64,000 nt of DNA from positions 3,296,001-3,360,000 of the forward strand of contig OZ244065.1 of assembly GCA_965215505.1 (NCBI GenBank), in the 5' to 3' direction. Within the stretch, counting starts at the first letter, position 1; every line of letters begins with the position of its first letter. The translations under genes and the position numbers were made by a program. The DNA is from Capsulimonadaceae bacterium (lineage in GTDB: Bacteria > Armatimonadota > Armatimonadia > Armatimonadales > Capsulimonadaceae). Below are positions 37,053 to 45,555 of the stretch, one piece after another. A model generated the notes under the pieces. The model ran no database searches and was not told where the DNA came from. It saw only the letters and a program-made list of their open reading frames with translations.

Positions 37053-38786
37053 CTACCCGACGAACTTGACCAGGTTCATGAAGATCGGGGTGCCGTCCCC
37101 GCCCAGCATCGGCTTCCACCCGGCCGGGGCGGCGTTGACGACCGAGTCGCGGTCCGCATCCAGCAGGCCGTAGAAGACCTCGGAGATGATCCGGCCGGCC
37201 ACCCACCCGAGCTGCGTCTGCGCGCCGGCCCCGTTCAGCATCTGCGTTTCGGAGAACTCATGGTCCATGCCGTATTGGGCGTCGTCAACGATGGGGGCCT
37301 GCGCTTCGGCCAGGATGTAGAACCAGAGGGGGGTGTCCTCCTGGAGTTCCGGGGCGATGGGGACGAACTTGAAGAAGTTGACGATCTCGCCGGTTTCGTC
37401 CTTCTTTTTCCCCATGAACTTCCGAATGACAAGCTGCTCCGGAGTCAGCGTCGCCGCCCCCTCCAGCCCCCTAGCCCGGAGGGCGCAGGCGATCTCCTGT
37501 CCGCCCTGCACACGGTATTTGTTGCCGCGCAGCAGGTTGAGCAGGGCCAGAGAGGGGCGGGTCGGGGTCATCGGCGGGTCGGGCAGGCGGGGCATCGGGG
37601 GCAGGTGATTCGGCGCGATCGCGAGGTCGATCTCTTTGAGGATGCCGCCCTTCACCCCGCTGGTCGGCAGGATGTTCAGGGGCAGCGCGCCGAGCGGGTC
37701 CACGATGTTGGTGTCGAGCTTGTAGGCGTATTGCAGGGGCACGTCCAAGCCGGGGACGTCCTCCCCGGCGACGCGCGGACCCTGGCCCGTGGGGAGCCCA
37801 GGCCCGGCTTCGGGGAAGAAGCGCCGGAAGTCGTCAATGGCGAGGGCGGCGGGCAGGGGCTTGAACCCCAGCAGGCTGGGGGAGTCGGGGAGGTCCGGGC
37901 TGCCCGCGAAGATGTCGAGCATCGTCCCCCCGTTCACGCGGTACCCCTGCCGCACCCCCGAATGCCCATAACGGTACGCGGCGACCACGAACTCGCGGGG
38001 CAGGTTGTGGCGCTTGTCACGGGTGTAGAGGGCGTACAGCAGTTCCCGCTCCTGGGGGGAGGCCGCTGTTTCCAGGTCCCGCCGGACGTCCTCCCGCACG
38101 ATGCGCGGCAGGAAGTCGTTGACCACCAGGGTCTGGTAGGTCCAGCACACCTCGTTCCGGGCTTTATTGAAGAGGGCAGTCCCCGTCAGGGCCGGGTCGG
38201 CGGCGTGGAGCGCATTGACGACAGCGTTGTGGTAGCGGACGAAGAGGAGTTGGATCTGGCCGACGAGGACGTTCTCGTCGTTGCGCTTGTCGCCGATGAT
38301 CGCCCGCCCGTTCGGGCTGCGGAGCAGGTCCTGCGCGGCCTGATCGGTGTTCAGCCCCGCCATGCCGGTCTCGTCCGTGTCCCCGTTCTTGAACAGCAGG
38401 GAGGCCCCGTCGGACTTGTACAGGAACGGCATCGCGTCCGGCCCGTCGCCGTAGAGGGAGTCGAGATCGAAGCGGGGCGTCCGCAGGTTGGTGGGCATGC
38501 GGCTTTCGGGGTGGTCGTCCGGCGGGTTCAGGTCCGCCGTGTTCAGAGACGAGGTGTTGTCGAAGGTCAGGTCGTGGTCCACGAACTGGCCGAAATAAGT
38601 GTAACCGGCGGGCACCCACAAGTTCTCCTCGGGGTCCGCGCCGTCGTGGACCCCATCCGGCTCGCTCTTCATCGCGTCAGCGAGGTCCATGAGCAGGTCT
38701 ATGGGATAGCCCTCCTCGCGCAGTGGGAGCAGTTTGGTGAACTGCTGCTCGTGGGTCCCCACGGAACCATGACCTGAATGTTTCAA
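37053..38786 (-). CDS. Heme peroxidase, peroxidase-cyclooxygenase (animal-type) superfamily
   Basis: TYFGQFVDHD, LDSLYG, IGDKRNDEN, AAYRYGHS, TPLWFYILAEA; TTG after AAGGAG; no signal peptide. Confidence 0.9.
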   Translation of the reverse strand: MKHSGHGSVGTHEQQFTKLLPLREEGYPIDLLMDLADAMKSEPDGVHDGADPEENLWVPAGYTYFGQFVDHDLTFDNTSSLNTADLNPPDDHPESRMPTNLRTPRFDLDSLYGDGPDAMPFLYKSDGASLLFKNGDTDETGMAGLNTDQAAQDLLRSPNGRAIIGDKRNDENVLVGQIQLLFVRYHNAVVNALHAADPALTGTALFNKARNEVCWTYQTLVVNDFLPRIVREDVRRDLETAASPQERELLYALYTRDKRHNLPREFVVAAYRYGHSGVRQGYRVNGGTMLDIFAGSPDLPDSPSLLGFKPLPAALAIDDFRRFFPEAGPGLPTGQGPRVAGEDVPGLDVPLQYAYKLDTNIVDPLGALPLNILPTSGVKGGILKEIDLAIAPNHLPPMPRLPDPPMTPTRPSLALLNLLRGNKYRVQGGQEIACALRARGLEGAATLTPEQLVIRKFMGKKKDETGEIVNFFKFVPIAPELQEDTPLWFYILAEAQAPIVDDAQYGMDHEFSETQMLNGAGAQTQLGWVAGRIISEVFYGLLDADRDSVVNAAPAGWKPMLGGDGTPIFMNLVKFVG

Positions 38787-38877
38787 AGCGTTGCTCCTTT
38801 AATTGGCTCACCCTGTTGTGGCCGATTGTGCTGGTGATGAGGCTGGCGTGATGAGACTGTGCCGAAACGACGGGGTG

Positions 38878-38943
38878 ATTATGACGCCTGGATGTTGAAG
38901 CTCTTGTGACGGAAACCGCACATGTGCTGTGACATAGATCACA
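38878..38943 (-). promoter_or_regulatory. CRP/FNR-family-dependent promoter of the peroxidase
   Basis: Perfect TGTGA-N6-TCACA (38928-38943), weaker site 38905-38920, -10 CATAAT (38883-38878). Confidence 0.6.
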
Positions 38944-39052
38944 GGACCGCCATCAGTGATGTTCGAATGGGAGAGATCCGGCCAAGGGTGAACGCTCTTC
39001 ACTGGGACAAGAAACCAAGGTCAGTGCAGAGCCGAGAGTAAGCCGATGAAAC

Positions 39053-39081
39053 ATGATAACACGATTTTCGGGAGAAATCAA
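39053..39081 (-). promoter_or_regulatory. Distal sigma70-like promoter facing the peroxidase
   Basis: TTGATT-17 bp-TATCAT with TGn extension. Confidence 0.5.
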
Positions 39082-39148
39082 GCATTTATGGTGATGATCG
39101 CGAAACTTCTTTTCACCAAACCGACATAGGCCCCACCACGGCGCGCGG

Positions 39149-39214
39149 AGTGACAAAGTTCACACGCTGGGTGTGACGCCCGCCCCGGCCGCCTCCCTCG
39201 TCCCCATCTATAAT
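39149..39214 (+). promoter_or_regulatory. CRP/FNR-family-dependent promoter of the small peptide
   Basis: AGTGA-N6-TCACA (39149-39164), TGTGA half-site at 39172, TATAAT (39209-39214). Confidence 0.6.
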
Positions 39215-39262
39215 ACCCTCATCAACGACATTGAAGCGGACGGTAACACGGGGGACACGACC

Positions 39263-39451
39263 ATGCAGCAGGCCATCTACAACAGCATCAACAGCAACGG
39301 CATCAGCATCCAGGCGGCGAACACGGGTGCCCCCAAGGCGTCCGGCCTGCGGAGGTGGGTGGCTCGGCGGTGGGACATGGTCGGCGTGATGGCCTTGATG
39401 GGGACGAGCGCCGCTTACGGCGTCTTCGCCCTGGCCCACGTTGGCCTGTAA
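39263..39451 (+). CDS. Small membrane peptide, copy 2 (62 aa)
   Basis: ATG after GGGGGA; RRWVARRWDMVGVMALMGTSAAYGVFALAHVGL; own promoter and terminator. Confidence 0.7.
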   Translation: MQQAIYNSINSNGISIQAANTGAPKASGLRRWVARRWDMVGVMALMGTSAAYGVFALAHVGL

Positions 39452-39476
39452 ATGTCGGCAGGTGAGCAAACACGAG

Positions 39477-39512
39477 AACGGCCCGGCCTCAATGTTGAGG
39501 CCGAGCCGTTTT
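39477..39512. terminator. Hairpin terminator
   Basis: AACGGCCCGGCCTCAA-TG-TTGAGGCCGAGCCGTTTT. Confidence 0.7.
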
Positions 39513-39532
39513 CCCGTGTCATGCCGGAACAC

Positions 39533-39859
39533 TCAGGCGGCGAGGGCCTGCGCGTCGGAAGGCTGGGCGGGGACGAAGCGGACCTCGACGCGGCGGTGCA
39601 GGGCGGCGGCGATGCGCTCCAGCACGGCGAGGGAGTGCCCGTCATAGTCGCCGTCTTCCAGGCGGGAGATGGCGGACTGCGTGGTCCCGGCGAGGCGGGC
39701 GAGCTGAGTCTGGGTGAGGCCGGCTGCCTGGCGGGCGTCATGGATCGCCTGCGCGGCCTGGGACTTCACCCGCTCCTGGGCGCGCAGCGCGGAGTAGCCG
39801 GGATCATCGCCGAACTCGATGTCCAGGATCTCGGCGGCGTCACTAGTGGTATGGCTCAT
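39533..39859 (-). CDS. XRE-family HTH protein (HigA-like, no cognate toxin)
   Basis: ARQAAGLTQTQLARLAGTTQSAISRLEDGDY..SLAVLERIAAAL..VEVRF. Confidence 0.85.
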   Translation of the reverse strand: MSHTTSDAAEILDIEFGDDPGYSALRAQERVKSQAAQAIHDARQAAGLTQTQLARLAGTTQSAISRLEDGDYDGHSLAVLERIAAALHRRVEVRFVPAQPSDAQALAA

Positions 39860-39886
39860 TTCGGCCTTACACTTCCCCAGACCCAT

Positions 39887-41020
39887 CTACGTCATAATTC
39901 CCTCGAACAGATGCCGCACCCATCTTCCATCCTCCCAATCTTCATGGTAGACAATGATATTGAGTGTAGGGCAGAGCCGTGACTGCGATCTGGTTTCTGC
40001 TGCTCTATAGGAAAGAAGCAAATGGGCAAGAGCAGTTGAACGTGTGATACCGCCGAACCCCGAGCCGACTATCGGAATATACAAATCACCGCGGATTGGA
40101 GCGGCCTCAATGTTTTTCCACATCGCATTCAATGCAGATGCCAATACCTCTTCTGTGAGAGTGGCAACAAACCGTCCCCCAAACTTCTCCACATGCGTCA
40201 GCGACAGCATGGCAATTGGCCCCTGTTCGGTTTCAACATGAACCAGAGAGCCAGGTGAGTAAGGATCTTGGCGTCCGGGCTTTTCGAGTGTCTGCTGATT
40301 TGAAGCAACCGTCAGTCCACTTTTGCCGATCTCCTTGTCCAGATCAGCGTCAAACTTGACTGACTGATCACGATGCGTAAACATGGCCAGACGTTTGCCT
40401 AAAGTGGAACGCTCGTCTACAATCGTCTCTTCGGAGGTTGTATCAAGATAGACGTTCGCAGAGAGCAGGAGAGCATTATTTTTGTCAACATAATCTAGAA
40501 TATCCCCCTTCTTGATGTGAACTGCTGAGTTCTTCAACTTCAAGGAAAATACTTCGGGGTTGCGGTGGCCTAACGCCTTAATTTGATCACTGATCTGAGT
40601 GGCTGCTGGTCCGAGCGCTGCTGACAGATTGCCGTCATTGCGCTCTTTTGAATACCTCGCTGTAGCTACCCCAGCTAAGTCACTTGGCAACTTCAGGTCC
40701 CGCGAATCAGTGGTGAGAATGAAGGTACGAGTCCGCCCCAATACGCCCATAAACAGGCCGAGTTCAAACAGAACATTGTCTCGTGGGGCGTTACTTTGTA
40801 CGCCACGGGAATCTATCAGGTCATCCGGCGTTAGAACCAAAACGGCGAAATCAAATTTCGGGGCAGCATCAACGAGAGTTTCAAGTGTGCCGACACCAAG
40901 ACCGAAGACGCCTTGATGCCACACGGTTGCTTCTGCATAGGACGTCAGCGATGTCTGAAGTTTCATCGCGACTTCGACGCCTTCAGATGAAGACCCTATA
41001 AAAACCGATGGCTTTGACAT
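39887..41020 (-). CDS. CAP12/Pycsar-type TIR domain fused to a Thoeris ThsA-type Macro domain
   Basis: VFIGSSSEG..FDFAVLVLTPDD..PRDNVLFELGLFMG (TIR with catalytic Glu); IKKGDI..ANVYLDT..STLGK..YSPGS..IPIVGSGFGGI..LNIIVY (Macro); visibly AT-richer than flanks. Confidence 0.8.
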   Translation of the reverse strand: MSKPSVFIGSSSEGVEVAMKLQTSLTSYAEATVWHQGVFGLGVGTLETLVDAAPKFDFAVLVLTPDDLIDSRGVQSNAPRDNVLFELGLFMGVLGRTRTFILTTDSRDLKLPSDLAGVATARYSKERNDGNLSAALGPAATQISDQIKALGHRNPEVFSLKLKNSAVHIKKGDILDYVDKNNALLLSANVYLDTTSEETIVDERSTLGKRLAMFTHRDQSVKFDADLDKEIGKSGLTVASNQQTLEKPGRQDPYSPGSLVHVETEQGPIAMLSLTHVEKFGGRFVATLTEEVLASALNAMWKNIEAAPIRGDLYIPIVGSGFGGITRSTALAHLLLSYRAAETRSQSRLCPTLNIIVYHEDWEDGRWVRHLFEGIMT

Positions 41021-41204
41021 ATGCTCCGCTTCCCGATGTTAAACCAGACTAATATGTGTAAAGTTAAGCCAGATTGAAAGATAAGAAAGTTGTAATTATG
41101 TGGCAGCCAAAGCCTCGTCGCGCGTTTAGGCTACCACCTGCATGCCACTCGCTGATGTTCGGCTCCGGCGGCTTTCAGGAGGCGCACTTTGCAGTGGTGT
41201 GAAT

Positions 41205-41233
41205 AGCATATCAGGTTTTGGGGACACTGTCAA
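41205..41233 (-). promoter_or_regulatory. Strong sigma70 promoter upstream of the TIR-Macro gene
   Basis: TTGACA-17 bp-TATGCT with TGn extension. Confidence 0.7.
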
Positions 41234-41361
41234 GCAGAGGGCTAATCATACAAGAGGCCAGTCACCTTCTGTTCCCACCCTCAGTAGTGTATAATGCAGT
41301 TACAAAGACCGGCCCGGAGCCGGCCGCGAAGCCGTGGCGGGGCGGCAGACTGTGAGGGCGG

Positions 41362-41553
41362 ATGAACCTGAGAAATGACGGATACCGGAAGATCATCTAC
41401 CCGCTGCTGTGTTTGGGTGCGTCCTTCTCCGCCTACAGCCACTACAAGCAGGGCCACGCGGTCACGCTCCACGTCGTCTTCCCCCTGATCATGGCCCTGG
41501 CCTGCCTGTTCCTGTCGGTCGTCTACTGGCTGCCGCAGCGCGGCAAGCACTGA
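41362..41553 (+). CDS. Small two-TM membrane protein
   Basis: Two hydrophobic segments, GC3-rich codons, TATAAT near 41290. Confidence 0.6.
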   Translation: MNLRNDGYRKIIYPLLCLGASFSAYSHYKQGHAVTLHVVFPLIMALACLFLSVVYWLPQRGKH

Positions 41554-41597
41554 CGAACGACATTTCCTGAAAACGCGAGGAGGCGGATTTGGAACTG

Positions 41598-44210
41598 ATG
41601 AGGCTGAGACTGAAACGCATCGGCGGCCTTTGGGCCGTTCTCGGCATGGCGCTGGCCGCAACCCATGGGCCGGGACGCGCCGCGCCCCCGGATCCCGCCC
41701 CCGGCGCACAGCCCGCCTTCCGGGCGGAACAGTTCGCCGAGTTCGTGGGCATCAGCGGCGGCCCGCTCCAGTTCCACGTCATCGCCGACGGGCCGTATGC
41801 GGGCGCGGGAAAGACCTATGACCCGCAGGCCTTCTATGACCTGGGCGTCCGGTACTACCGCGCGGGCCTGTTCAACGACCTCACCCTGCCAAACCAGCCC
41901 GACCAGGTGAAGGCGGCCTGGGACAAGTACGGCGTCCGCCCGATGCTGCTGGTTGACCCCGGCAAGACCAAAACCCCCGAAGACGTTCTGGCGAAGCTGC
42001 GGCGGTACGCGCCCGGCTCGGTCGGCGAGATCGAGGGGCCGAACGAGGTCAACAACAAGTTCCCGCCCCAGGACCTCAACATCAAGTACAAAGGCAAGAC
42101 CGACGAGGCGGGCGGCGCGGCCTACATGGACGACCTCTACGCGGCGGTCAAGGCCGACCCGATCACGCGCGCCATCCCCGTCGTCGCCTACACGGCCATC
42201 TTCACCGACTACCACCTCGCCCGCCCTTACGCCGGGTTCGACTACGCCAACATGCACTCGTACCAAGGCTATGACGTGCCCTCGTCCAGCCTGCTGATGA
42301 ACGAAACCCGCTTCAACAACGTCCTGCCCTCGGGTGCGGCCATCAAGCCGTTCGTCCCGACCGAGTGCGGCTACAACGTCCAGCCGGACCGCTCCAACGG
42401 CACCAACAACACCGGCTCACTGCGCGCCCAGGCGCTCAACATCCCCATGCTGCTGGCCGAATACTTCCGGCATGGCATCCGGCGGGCGTACCTGTTCTCG
42501 CTGGGGAACGCCGACGGCTACGGGCTGCTGGAAGACGACCTGACCACCAAGCGGCCCGCCTACTTCGCCCTCAAGAATTTCCTGGCGACGATCAAAGACT
42601 CCGATTGGGACCCCAAAACGCATCGTTGGGTGGGCGGCGACTTCGCCCCCCGCGCCCTGCTGTTCGGCCTCGACGGTGCCCCGCCGACCGTCCACACCCT
42701 GACGCTCCAGAAGAAGGACGGGGAGTACCTGCTGCTGGTCTGGAACGAGGTCCGCAACTTCGACCAGGACGCGCACCGAGACATCGTGAACGCCCCCGTC
42801 CCGGTCACATTGCGCCTGCAAACGCCGGTGGGCACGTCGGCGATGGTGCTGACGCAGAACGCGGCAGGCGGCTATGACACCCAGAAGCTGGCCCTCAGCC
42901 ACGGGACGCTTGTCCTGCAAGTGCCCGCCTCGGTCATGATCGTGCGCCTGACGCCGCGCCCCGCCGCCCTCCGGCCCCAGCCCGCCGCGCCGCGCGCCCT
43001 GCACGGGACGGCGACCGAGAACGCCATCCATCTGACCTGGTCCGCCCCCGTCGAGCCGATCGGCCTCCCCTCCGGCACCGGTCCCGCCGGGTACTTCGTC
43101 TTCCGCAATGGCGGGTTTCTGACGGCCACGCGCGGCCTGTCCTACGACGACGCCTCGGCCTGGGTGCGGCCCGGCCTGGGCTACACCTACTCCGTCCAGG
43201 CCTACGACCGCGCGGGCGGCCTGTCGCCGCGCGTTCGGGCCGTCGTCGTGACGCCGGACCGCCGGCCCGACCTCGTCTGCACCGACGTTGAGGTTCCCAC
43301 GGTCAAGACAGGCGACGCCGTCGCCTTCCGGGCGACTTTGAAGAACATCGGGGACGGGGCGACCCCGAACGACACCGCCGCCGCCCTCACCTTCTTCGTT
43401 GACGGCAGGTACACGAGCTACGTCACCACGGACGGCACCCCGCTCGCGCCGGGCGAGTCGCGCGTCCTGACCGCGAGCGGCGGCGGGGTGAACGGCAAGT
43501 GGATCGCGACGCCCGGCGCGCACCTCCTGCGCGTCCAGGTGGATGACACCGACCGCGTGCCCAGCGAGCGCAGCAAGGAGAACAACACCGTAGACCGCAG
43601 CCTGCCGGTGGACGTGCGGGCGGCGGGCGAGCTGCTCGGGGCCGCCGACCCCGCACCCGGCCAGGCCGACCTGACGGCGGAAGGCACGATGGACTGGGTG
43701 CATTGGGGGCAGGGGGGCAAAGAGGCGATTAATCGCAAGGCAAGCGGCGGGAACAAGATCAGCGTGCTGGCCGACATCGGGACCGGCTACCGGGACGCGA
43801 CGGTCGGGGAGGGCATGAGCGTTCGATGGAGCGACGGCAGCCCGACCGCCCATGTGGACGACTCCCATGCGGGCCTGTGGCTCAACGGCGTCGGCCACGG
43901 CTACCACTTCACCGCCCCCGCCGGCACCGAGGAACACGTCCTGCGCGTCTACGTCGGCGGCATCGAGGGGGCGGGCTGCACCCTCACCGCCCATCTCTCC
44001 GACGGCTCCGCGCCGGACTACGTCAGCCCCACCTTCAACGGCAACCTGTCCAACCCATGGTCCCCCGTGCCGGGCGGCTTTTCGGGCGTCTACACCCTCC
44101 GCTACCGCGCCGCCACTCCGGGCCAGACGCTCACCGTCACCTGGACCCTGGCGACCGAGCCGAACCGGTTTCTGGGCCAGGCCCGGCTGCAAGCGGCCAC
44201 GCTGAGGTGA
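41598..44210 (+). CDS. Secreted clan GH-A-like glycoside hydrolase with FN3 and CARDB domains
   Basis: Signal peptide; IEGPNE acid/base, NMHSY, PTECGY nucleophile; FN3 (LTWSAP..YTYSVQAYD); CARDB (PDLVCTD..KNIGD..E..KENN). Confidence 0.75.
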   Translation: MRLRLKRIGGLWAVLGMALAATHGPGRAAPPDPAPGAQPAFRAEQFAEFVGISGGPLQFHVIADGPYAGAGKTYDPQAFYDLGVRYYRAGLFNDLTLPNQPDQVKAAWDKYGVRPMLLVDPGKTKTPEDVLAKLRRYAPGSVGEIEGPNEVNNKFPPQDLNIKYKGKTDEAGGAAYMDDLYAAVKADPITRAIPVVAYTAIFTDYHLARPYAGFDYANMHSYQGYDVPSSSLLMNETRFNNVLPSGAAIKPFVPTECGYNVQPDRSNGTNNTGSLRAQALNIPMLLAEYFRHGIRRAYLFSLGNADGYGLLEDDLTTKRPAYFALKNFLATIKDSDWDPKTHRWVGGDFAPRALLFGLDGAPPTVHTLTLQKKDGEYLLLVWNEVRNFDQDAHRDIVNAPVPVTLRLQTPVGTSAMVLTQNAAGGYDTQKLALSHGTLVLQVPASVMIVRLTPRPAALRPQPAAPRALHGTATENAIHLTWSAPVEPIGLPSGTGPAGYFVFRNGGFLTATRGLSYDDASAWVRPGLGYTYSVQAYDRAGGLSPRVRAVVVTPDRRPDLVCTDVEVPTVKTGDAVAFRATLKNIGDGATPNDTAAALTFFVDGRYTSYVTTDGTPLAPGESRVLTASGGGVNGKWIATPGAHLLRVQVDDTDRVPSERSKENNTVDRSLPVDVRAAGELLGAADPAPGQADLTAEGTMDWVHWGQGGKEAINRKASGGNKISVLADIGTGYRDATVGEGMSVRWSDGSPTAHVDDSHAGLWLNGVGHGYHFTAPAGTEEHVLRVYVGGIEGAGCTLTAHLSDGSAPDYVSPTFNGNLSNPWSPVPGGFSGVYTLRYRAATPGQTLTVTWTLATEPNRFLGQARLQAATLR

Positions 44211-44271
44211 GAACTACCGCCGCACCGGAATGGGCCGATGTTACGCAAGGGCTTTGTTGCACAACTGCGGT

Positions 44272-44408
44272 CCATGCGCTGAAGCGCACGGCTACACGGC
44301 GCGGACGCCAAGAATCTACCGCTTCGCGGGGATCGGCAGGACACTCCGAGTCCCGCGAAGCGGCACTTCCTGGCCGAAGGCCGTCTAGCCGTGCCTTTCA
44401 AGGCATGG
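44272..44408. repeat. REPIN-like element, family C
   Basis: CCATGCGCTGAAGCGCACGGCTAC ... CTAGCCGTGCCTTTCAAGGCATGG; shares GGCGCGGACGCC with 21624. Confidence 0.75.
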
Positions 44409-44490
44409 CCCTGCATGATACGGAAGCCTTAACTGAAGTGACGTGTGATGAAGAAGCAGTATGGAAGCGTTGTCATGGCGGCGATCCATG

Positions 44491-44515
44491 AGAGGGCGGG
44501 GGACCCCGCCCCTAC
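44491..44515 (-). repeat. GTAG-type REP
   Basis: GTAGGGGCGGGGTCCCCCGCCCT on the minus strand; copies near 58318-58386 and 59627. Confidence 0.75.
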
Positions 44516-45075
44516 ACATTCCGCAAGACGCCCTCCGCCCGAGCCTCACGCAGCGCGGTCGCCCGCCCGATGGCCGCGAACACGAGGAGGACCGCCCCGG
44601 TGTACTACGCGCCGAAGCTGAACGCGCTCGGCCCGTGCTGCGCGATCACCACCCCCGCCCCGACCAGGAGCGCCCCGAGTGCCCAAAACATCCGCATGCC
44701 GTAGAGGAACACGAACGGAAGGTAGTGCGCCCCCAGGAGGATCATCAGGGCCGGATAGAACAGTGCGGGCCGGTACAGGCAGACCGGCAGCAGCAGCGGC
44801 ATCGAGAGCGGCAGGACGAAGGCCACCTGCATGCTCAGGCCCCGCAGCAGGTTGTCCGCGCTCAGGGGGACCTTCCGGCCGGACGCGCGGACAAGAAGTT
44901 CGGTGGGGGGGAAGATGAAGAAGCCATCCACCACCAGGGCCGTGATTGCCGCCCGTGGGCTGACCCAGACCGCCAGGGCGGCGGACAGGAGCCACAGCAG
45001 GCCGGAGACGAGCTGCCCGTAGAAGCCGCCCACATAGCGGACCCCCGTTTCCCGCTGCGCGTCAGTGATTTGCAT
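44512..45075 (-). pseudogene. DUF7010-like multi-TM protein with a premature TAG
   Basis: FYPALMILLGAHYLPFVFLYGMRMF; TAG at 44605-44607 falls inside a TM helix that continues in frame (YTGAVLLVFAAIG) to 44512. Confidence 0.6.
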
Positions 45076-45157
45076 TGTGACCCTCGATTATTCGTCCTTC
45101 TCCTGTCGAGGCTTGTTGGCGTCGGTCGCCGCGCCATACCGGCAGACAGCCGCCCCC

Positions 45158-45471
45158 CTAGTAGCACACGATCGGCTGGCCTTCCTCGATGGCCGCGTAA
45201 ACTACTTCCAAAAGGTCGCGCAGGAAGTCCACCAATCGCGCCAGGGTGTCCGGGTTCAGGCCGGGCTTGGGCACCATCCCGATGAATTCCAGTTCCGCCT
45301 TCAGCTCCTCGGCCTCCGCCGGCGTCAGCCAGTATTTGCCGATGCCGGGACGGAGGACGGTGAACAGCAGGGGGAAGGCGGTGTCTTCCTCGTGTTCCAT
45401 AAGGGGCTTGAGTCGCCAGCCAGAATGGCCCGCTCGACGCATTTGCAGTAGACGATGATGTTCAGCGACAT
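45158..45471 (-). pseudogene. Hypothetical gene, probably frameshifted or internally deleted
   Basis: ATG at 45471 gives MSLNIIVYCKCVE in a different frame from the downstream FPLLFTVL...AAIEEGQPIVCY. Confidence 0.35.
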
Positions 45472-45555
45472 CAGAGATGCCTTTCGATCACGCTGACGGC
45501 CGGCCAGGTAGTGTGGCGGCCTACCCTGCTCTGTGACGAGTCATCGCAGCGCCAG

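Noticed and set aside
36739-37206. N-terminal extension of the 414-aa ORF 35962..37206
   Set aside because: Overlaps the peroxidase and the peptide gene; the ALDH start with SD is at 36738
36891-39512. attL/attR pair, or DGR template and variable repeats
   Set aside because: No integrase or reverse transcriptase; differences are not adenine-specific and look codon-constrained
35792-44607. TAG recoding suggested by two apparent TGG-to-TAG sites
   Set aside because: recA and other intact genes end in TAG, and the ALDH gene has an independent deletion; ordinary nonsense mutations explain both
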